From Candidatus Heimdallarchaeota archaeon (lineage in GTDB: Archaea; Asgardarchaeota; Heimdallarchaeia; Heimdallarchaeales; Heimdallarchaeaceae): a stretch of DNA of 64,000 nt. Within the stretch, counting starts at the first letter, position 1, and every line of letters begins with the position of its first letter. The stretch lies in assembly GCA_030603365.1 (NCBI GenBank), contig JAUVXV010000009.1:80568-144567 (forward strand), written 5' to 3'. The notes beneath the pieces are model-generated. The model worked only from the letters and a program-made list of their open reading frames with translations, had not been told where the DNA came from and searched no databases. The position numbers and the translations under genes were made by a program. Of the stretch, positions 58,888 to 64,000 are shown one piece after another.

Positions 58888-60207
58888 TTGAAATTCAAGA
58901 GAAAGAGTCGCTCTATTGCTTTATTATTAATTTTAGTTGTGAGTGTTCTAAATATAAACTTACTAAATTTTTCTAATAAAACCCAAGCAGAAAATATCTA
59001 TCCATCCAGTATCATTTTGTTCATTGGAGATGGGATGGGATTAGAGCAGATAAAATTCGGTTCATTGGTTGAATTTGGAGAAGAAGGTTTTTCTAGCATA
59101 CTAAATTTCCCATTTAATACTACCGTCTCAACTACAAACATTGATGGAACAAAAACTGATTCTGCTGCTGCAGCAACTGCAATCAGTACTGGAATTAAAA
59201 CACAAAATGGTAGAATAGCTACAAACTGGGATGGAGAAATGGAATTAACAACAATTCTTGAAATAGCTCAAATGAATGGATATGCAACAGGTTTGGTTGC
59301 TACATGTCATCTTACTCATGCTACTCCAGCTGCTTTTGCTGCTCATGAAGGAAGTAGAGGAGATTATCTAAATATTGCTGAAGATTTTAGTCAAGCAGAT
59401 GTAGATGTTTTCTTAGGAGGAGGATCAGGTTTAGAATACATTGGAAATTATATAGATAATTTTACAGCTCAAGGATATGAATATGTAACTGAGGAAGCAG
59501 AACTGGATTTGATTACTAAAACACCTGTTTTAGGTTTATTCACTGAAGTATCTTTTCCCAAGCTTCAAACCATTCCTGAAGATTCTACTATCCCCACTTT
59601 AAGTGAAATGACCATAAAAGCAATTGAATTACTTAATGCAACTTCACAACCATTTTTCTTGATGATTGAAGGCTCTCAGATAGATTGGGCTGGACATGCT
59701 AATGATCAGGTATATCTGGCTCATCAAATAATAGAGTTTGAGAAAGCTGTAAAATATGCAAAAACACTAGCAGAACAAGTTTCTGATTTACAAGTATTGG
59801 TAACAGCTGATCATGAAACTGGAGGACTATCAATTGAGAATTATTCTTTCAAAACTGAAATACCTTTGGAAACAGATTCTTACAAAGTAAAACAAGAAAA
59901 ACGAACAAATCGTTCTCAAGAAATCACTGTTGATTGGGGAACAGGAGGTCATACAAATACAAAAGTTATTCTAGCAGGTTATGGACCTTTCACTGAAGAA
60001 ATATTAACTGCAAAACATCACATTGACACATTTTCAATTATGAGACAGGCAATAGATGGACAATCAGAACCAATAGGTGAAGGATATTATAAAGGACATT
60101 TACCAATTTATGCTTGGATTTTGGTACTCTTCTCACCTATGATTATTTCGGTTTCTTTGGCTTTTATTACAGTTAAAATAATCAGAAGAAAAAAGACTAC
60201 TAAATGA
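58888..60207 (+). CDS. Alkaline phosphatase (PhoA family), membrane anchored
   Basis: IGDGMG, TDSAAAATA, THATPA, EGSQIDWAGH, TADHETGG, HT. Confidence 0.92.
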   Translation: MKFKRKSRSIALLLILVVSVLNINLLNFSNKTQAENIYPSSIILFIGDGMGLEQIKFGSLVEFGEEGFSSILNFPFNTTVSTTNIDGTKTDSAAAATAISTGIKTQNGRIATNWDGEMELTTILEIAQMNGYATGLVATCHLTHATPAAFAAHEGSRGDYLNIAEDFSQADVDVFLGGGSGLEYIGNYIDNFTAQGYEYVTEEAELDLITKTPVLGLFTEVSFPKLQTIPEDSTIPTLSEMTIKAIELLNATSQPFFLMIEGSQIDWAGHANDQVYLAHQIIEFEKAVKYAKTLAEQVSDLQVLVTADHETGGLSIENYSFKTEIPLETDSYKVKQEKRTNRSQEITVDWGTGGHTNTKVILAGYGPFTEEILTAKHHIDTFSIMRQAIDGQSEPIGEGYYKGHLPIYAWILVLFSPMIISVSLAFITVKIIRRKKTTK

Positions 60208-60320
60208 GTGAGAAGATTCTCTAGTCTGGTGATATAATAGAATCTTGAGTTTTTACTGAGTTTGTGATTTTTTCTAATTTTGAAATCCGAACAAATAAAT
60301 AGCAGTTCAATGATATATTA

Positions 60321-60869
60321 ATGATGGAAGAAGAAGCTAAGAAAACAAGAGGACACAAAATGGGTCATCATAAAGATAGAGATGATATCATAGGAGAACA
60401 CAAATTATCGGATATGGGACAATTGGTTTTTCTAGGTATTTTTACAGTTCTGTGGGTACTAGATTCGTTTGTATTCAATTTCTCCACTCTATTAACAGAG
60501 TATATTCCGATTTATGTAGTAGCACCCATAGGAGGAGTCATACTAATATTAGCTGGCTATCTAGCATTTAAAGGATTAAGACAAGTGTTCAAGGAAGTAA
60601 GAGATCCTCCTGAAGTAATAAGAACTGGAGTGTTCAGGTATTCAAGACATCCTGTTTATCTAGGTTCTATTCTTCTATACTTGGGTCTGACAATAATTAC
60701 TCTATCACTCGCTTCTTTGGGATTATTAGTGGGAATAGTTATTTTCTATAATTTCATCGCTTCATATGAAGAACAACTGCTAAGTGAACAGTTTGAAGAT
60801 GAATATGAAGATTACAAAGAGGATACTCCAAGGTGGATTCCTGTTCCTAAAATAGGAAAAAGTAGATGA
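60321..60869 (+). CDS. Isoprenylcysteine carboxyl methyltransferase / PEMT family membrane protein
   Basis: RHPVYLG, EEQLL..F..EY..Y...PRW. Confidence 0.85.
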   Translation: MMEEEAKKTRGHKMGHHKDRDDIIGEHKLSDMGQLVFLGIFTVLWVLDSFVFNFSTLLTEYIPIYVVAPIGGVILILAGYLAFKGLRQVFKEVRDPPEVIRTGVFRYSRHPVYLGSILLYLGLTIITLSLASLGLLVGIVIFYNFIASYEEQLLSEQFEDEYEDYKEDTPRWIPVPKIGKSR

Positions 60870-60949
60870 CTAATCTATCTTGAACTTGAAATGTTTTTTG
60901 TTCAACACTAATCTTAAAAAGAAACGAAAAAGCTGTTTCTTTGAATATT

Positions 60950-62134
60950 ATGGTCGAAGTAACTCGATTCTTTGGTACTCCTTGGTGTTCCGATTGTAAA
61001 GTCTCCAAGACTTTTCTCGCTGAAAATCTAATAAATTATGAATATACTAATATTGATGAAGATGAAGAAGCTGCAAAATTCGTTGAAAAAATAAATGACG
61101 GAAAAAGAAAAGTTCCGACAATAGAATTTTCTGATGGAACCTATCTAGTTGAACCATCAAACGCTGAACTTGCAGAGAAACTAGATTTAATCTCTCACCC
61201 ATCTAAAACTATCTATGATGTTCTAATTGTAGGAAGTGGACCCGCAGGGTTAACATGCGCTATCTATACAGCTAGAGAAGGAATGGATACAGTGGTTCTT
61301 GAAAAAGGAGCTTTAGGGGGAAGAATGAATTATACTGAAAGGATAGAAAATTATCCAGGTTTTCCTGAAGGCTCAAGTGGTGAACATCTAGCTTCAACTT
61401 TTGCTAAACAAGCAGAAAGATTTGAGGTGGAAATGCTCAAAGCTACTCTAGCCACTGACATTGAAATAAACGATCAAGGTTTCAAGGTTACAACTTCTCA
61501 TGGAGATACCATTAATGCAAAAACTGTTGTTATAGCTACAGGTACTGAATATAGAACTCTTGGGGTTGAAGGAGAATCTGATTTGATTGGTTATAAGATA
61601 CACTTCTGTGCAGTATGTGATGGACCATTTTTCAAAAACAAGAAGGTTATGGTAATAGGTGGAGGTAACTCCGCTCTAGAAGAATCGCTTTTTCTAGCTC
61701 GTTTTGCGTCAGAAGTAACTATTGTTGAGATAATGGATGAGCTGACTGCTTCAGAAGTCATACAAAAAGAAATCTCAAAAAATCCAAAAATAAAGACACT
61801 AACTAGTTATGAAACCAAAGAATTCCTTGTAGGTGAGAAAAAACAACTAGAAGGAATAAGGTTTTTTGATAGAGCTAATCAGAAAGAAGTCATTCTCAAA
61901 CCTGATGGTGTATTTATGCTAGTAGGATTGAAGCCTATTGTCAAAATTGTTGAAAATCTTGTAGATTTAGATGAAAGAGGGTTTATCAAAACAGATGAAA
62001 AAATGATGACAAGTGTCCCAGGTATTTTTGCTTCAGGAGATTGTAGAAGTGGTTCTACTTGGCAAGTTGCTTCTGCAGTTGGTGAAGGTGCCATAGTAGC
62101 TTTGAAAATTAGAGATTACTTACGAAGTCATTGA
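60950..62134 (+). CDS. trxB: Glutaredoxin-like (mycoredoxin-type) domain fused to thioredoxin reductase
   Basis: WCSDC and VPTI in the N-terminal domain; GSGPAG, ENYPGF, CAVCDG, GGGNSA, GD. Confidence 0.88.
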   Translation: MVEVTRFFGTPWCSDCKVSKTFLAENLINYEYTNIDEDEEAAKFVEKINDGKRKVPTIEFSDGTYLVEPSNAELAEKLDLISHPSKTIYDVLIVGSGPAGLTCAIYTAREGMDTVVLEKGALGGRMNYTERIENYPGFPEGSSGEHLASTFAKQAERFEVEMLKATLATDIEINDQGFKVTTSHGDTINAKTVVIATGTEYRTLGVEGESDLIGYKIHFCAVCDGPFFKNKKVMVIGGGNSALEESLFLARFASEVTIVEIMDELTASEVIQKEISKNPKIKTLTSYETKEFLVGEKKQLEGIRFFDRANQKEVILKPDGVFMLVGLKPIVKIVENLVDLDERGFIKTDEKMMTSVPGIFASGDCRSGSTWQVASAVGEGAIVALKIRDYLRSH

Positions 62135-62223
62135 AGAAGAGTTTATCCCTCTTCTAAATTCCTTTTTATTGGTAGTGGAATACATTTTTAAAATTGTTAT
62201 TTTATTTTTTGATGGAGAATAAA

Positions 62224-62727
62224 ATGAATGACGCTTTAGAACTTTTAAAATCTCGTAGGAGTATTAGAAAATATAAAGATCAACCGGTAGAAGAGGAGAA
62301 GATTCAGAAATGTTTAGAAGCTGCCAGTTGGGCTCCCTCTGCTTCAAATAAACAACCTTGGGAATTTCTTATTGTAACAGATAAACAAGTTAGAAAAAAA
62401 CTTTCTGAAACTCATCCTTATGCTAAATTTGTTGCTCAAAGTCCTGTTGTTTTCATTCCACTTACTAATCCTGAAGTTCATCAGAAATACCACATGTCTG
62501 ATACTGCTCTAGCAACATTGCAGTATATGATAGAAGCGCACAGTTTGGGGTTAGGAACATGTTGGGCAGGAGTAATCGGTTCATCTATTGAACTCGAAAT
62601 TAGAAAATTACTTGGCATACCTGATCATCTTAATGTACTAGGATTAGTTGCTACAGGTTACGCAGACGAAAAACCTACAAAGACAAGAAAAGAACTAGAT
62701 TCCTTAATTCATTATGAAAAATACTAG
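62224..62727 (+). CDS. Nitroreductase family protein
   Basis: RRSIRKY, APSASNKQPW, GLGTCW. Confidence 0.92.
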   Translation: MNDALELLKSRRSIRKYKDQPVEEEKIQKCLEAASWAPSASNKQPWEFLIVTDKQVRKKLSETHPYAKFVAQSPVVFIPLTNPEVHQKYHMSDTALATLQYMIEAHSLGLGTCWAGVIGSSIELEIRKLLGIPDHLNVLGLVATGYADEKPTKTRKELDSLIHYEKY

Positions 62728-62789
62728 CTAAAAGGATGATGTGGTTTTGTCATCTTGTCATAGTAACAAGAAAAGTTAAATATCTTTCT

Positions 62790-62860
62790 TAGAGTTCATC
62801 ATATAGAAGCATGCAACTGTTCTATACTCACTCTGAGTGGATACATCACGTATCCTCCTA
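62790..62860 (-). ncRNA. Candidate 3' part of the omegaRNA / IS right end
   Basis: Hairpins GGATAC/GTATCC (62839-62855), ACTCA/TGAGT (62826-62838) and TATAGAA/TTCTATA (62802-62826) overlapping the tnpB 3' end. Confidence 0.4.
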
Positions 62861-64000
62861 CCCCGTTCGCCTTACGCTTGGGTAAGGCTTTCGGATCGCT
62901 TTTGATTAAAATATTGTACGCTGCATTAACATCAGCATTGATTGAATGTCCTTGAGAAGATTTAAACAATCCATGTTCCACTCTTCTACCTGCATACTTA
63001 GTGCGTTTTTGGGGAAACTCGTTGTCGAGAAAACTGCACTTAGAGGTGTACTCTTCTGGGATGAGCTCAACCTTTATCCCTCTCTCAGCAGCTTTATACT
63101 TGAGCATATTGATTATGCGCATGAAGGGGATGGTGACAAACATCTGGGTGACCTTTTTCCAGAAATGCACCCCTTGTTTCCACTTCTGATTGTACCCAAT
63201 AACCACCTCGTGAAGATCTCGTTCCACCCACACTTCAACTAGATAATGGGTAAGTTTGTGGATAGCATCTTTGAGTTTCTTCCTCCACTTCTCCCGAAGT
63301 TGGTAGAAGGTTGTTCCATATTTCAGTATGTTCTTTGCTTTCAGCTGCTGACGTTGCTGCAGGACATATTGTTCTCGTAATTGTGTCTGGTTTTTCAGAT
63401 AATATTGGGTTATTGATTTTATTCCTCTACCGTGATCCTTGATAACAATCGGTTGATTGCCGAGGTTATCCACAAAGGTCACAAGATTGGTCATCCCTAA
63501 ATCGATTGCTCCCTTACGTCTGGGACGTTTCTTTAACTGAGGTAAGGTCTTGAGATAAATCAGTTCTATCGTATAGCCCACTCGTCTTGGTATGATTCGT
63601 ACTTCTCGTAATTTCGTACTTGCTGTTAGTCTTGTCTTATAGTAATACCCTACTTTCTTGGGTAACACTAGCCACCCGTTCCTTATCATAGCTTGTTGGT
63701 TGCTGAAGATAGCCACCACCTCCCCATCTTTAGGTTTGTACCCAGGGGGACGGGGCATAGCGAAGAACAGCTTGGGATTCTTCTTCCACTCCTTGAGAGC
63801 TCGGAAATACGATTTCCAATTTCTGGATAGGAGTTTGAGTGTGTGTTGGGCTGTATGAGCTGGTAAAATCTTATAGCATTCTTCGTTTTTGAGCAAAGAG
63901 TTGAGGTCATAATAGTACAGGATCTTGTTCTGCTTATTAAGAGAGGTTTTGAAAAGGAAATTAGCTCGATTATAGAGATTCTTCACTTGATGACAAAGCT
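62799..64000 (-). mobile_element. tnpB: IS200/IS605-type element, tnpB (5' end lies outside the window)
   Basis: LCHQVKNLYN, IDLG, YTSK, NADVNAAYNI; visibly more GC-rich than the flank; frame open to the window edge. Confidence 0.9.

Noticed and set aside
3329-63910. Many short ORFs in the track overlapping larger genes (e.g. 4156..4401, 16965..17429, 18568..18933, 36752..37126, 62946..63242)
   Set aside because: Antisense or off-frame shadows of well-supported genes with no motifs of their own.
1-64000. tRNA, rRNA, CRISPR array, selenocysteine or pyrrolysine readthrough
   Set aside because: No GC-rich structured RNA, repeat-spacer array or catalytic-position TGA/TAG seen by eye; MsrB has a normal catalytic Cys.

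Overview
AT-rich, densely coding 64-kb window with about 60 genes and no rRNA, tRNA or CRISPR array that I could see. The gene content is archaeal: AOR, iorAB, a single-OB-fold SSB, a PEF-CTERM protein, GGTG/GTGAT-type ribosome-binding sites and many zinc-ribbon membrane proteins. An Asgard (Heimdallarchaeia-like) origin is my inference, not proven. Highlights: (1) a 1006-aa in-frame fusion of an iron-dependent alcohol dehydrogenase with an aldehyde:ferredoxin oxidoreductase, directly downstream of an SCP2 lipid-carrier gene and near DegV and hydrolase genes; (2) a type I ABC importer whose two ATPases carry complementary degenerate motifs, predicting one active and one dead site; (3) two unannotated paralogous 40-aa microproteins, each convergent with a flavodoxin gene; (4) two acidic surface-protein paralogs that share a phased TGTAG operator-like motif with an adjacent membrane-bound HTH regulator; (5) a class II glutamine amidotransferase lacking its catalytic residues; (6) a TnpB with a rearranged RuvC-II site at the right edge. 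All family assignments come from motif recognition by eye; no database searches were run.
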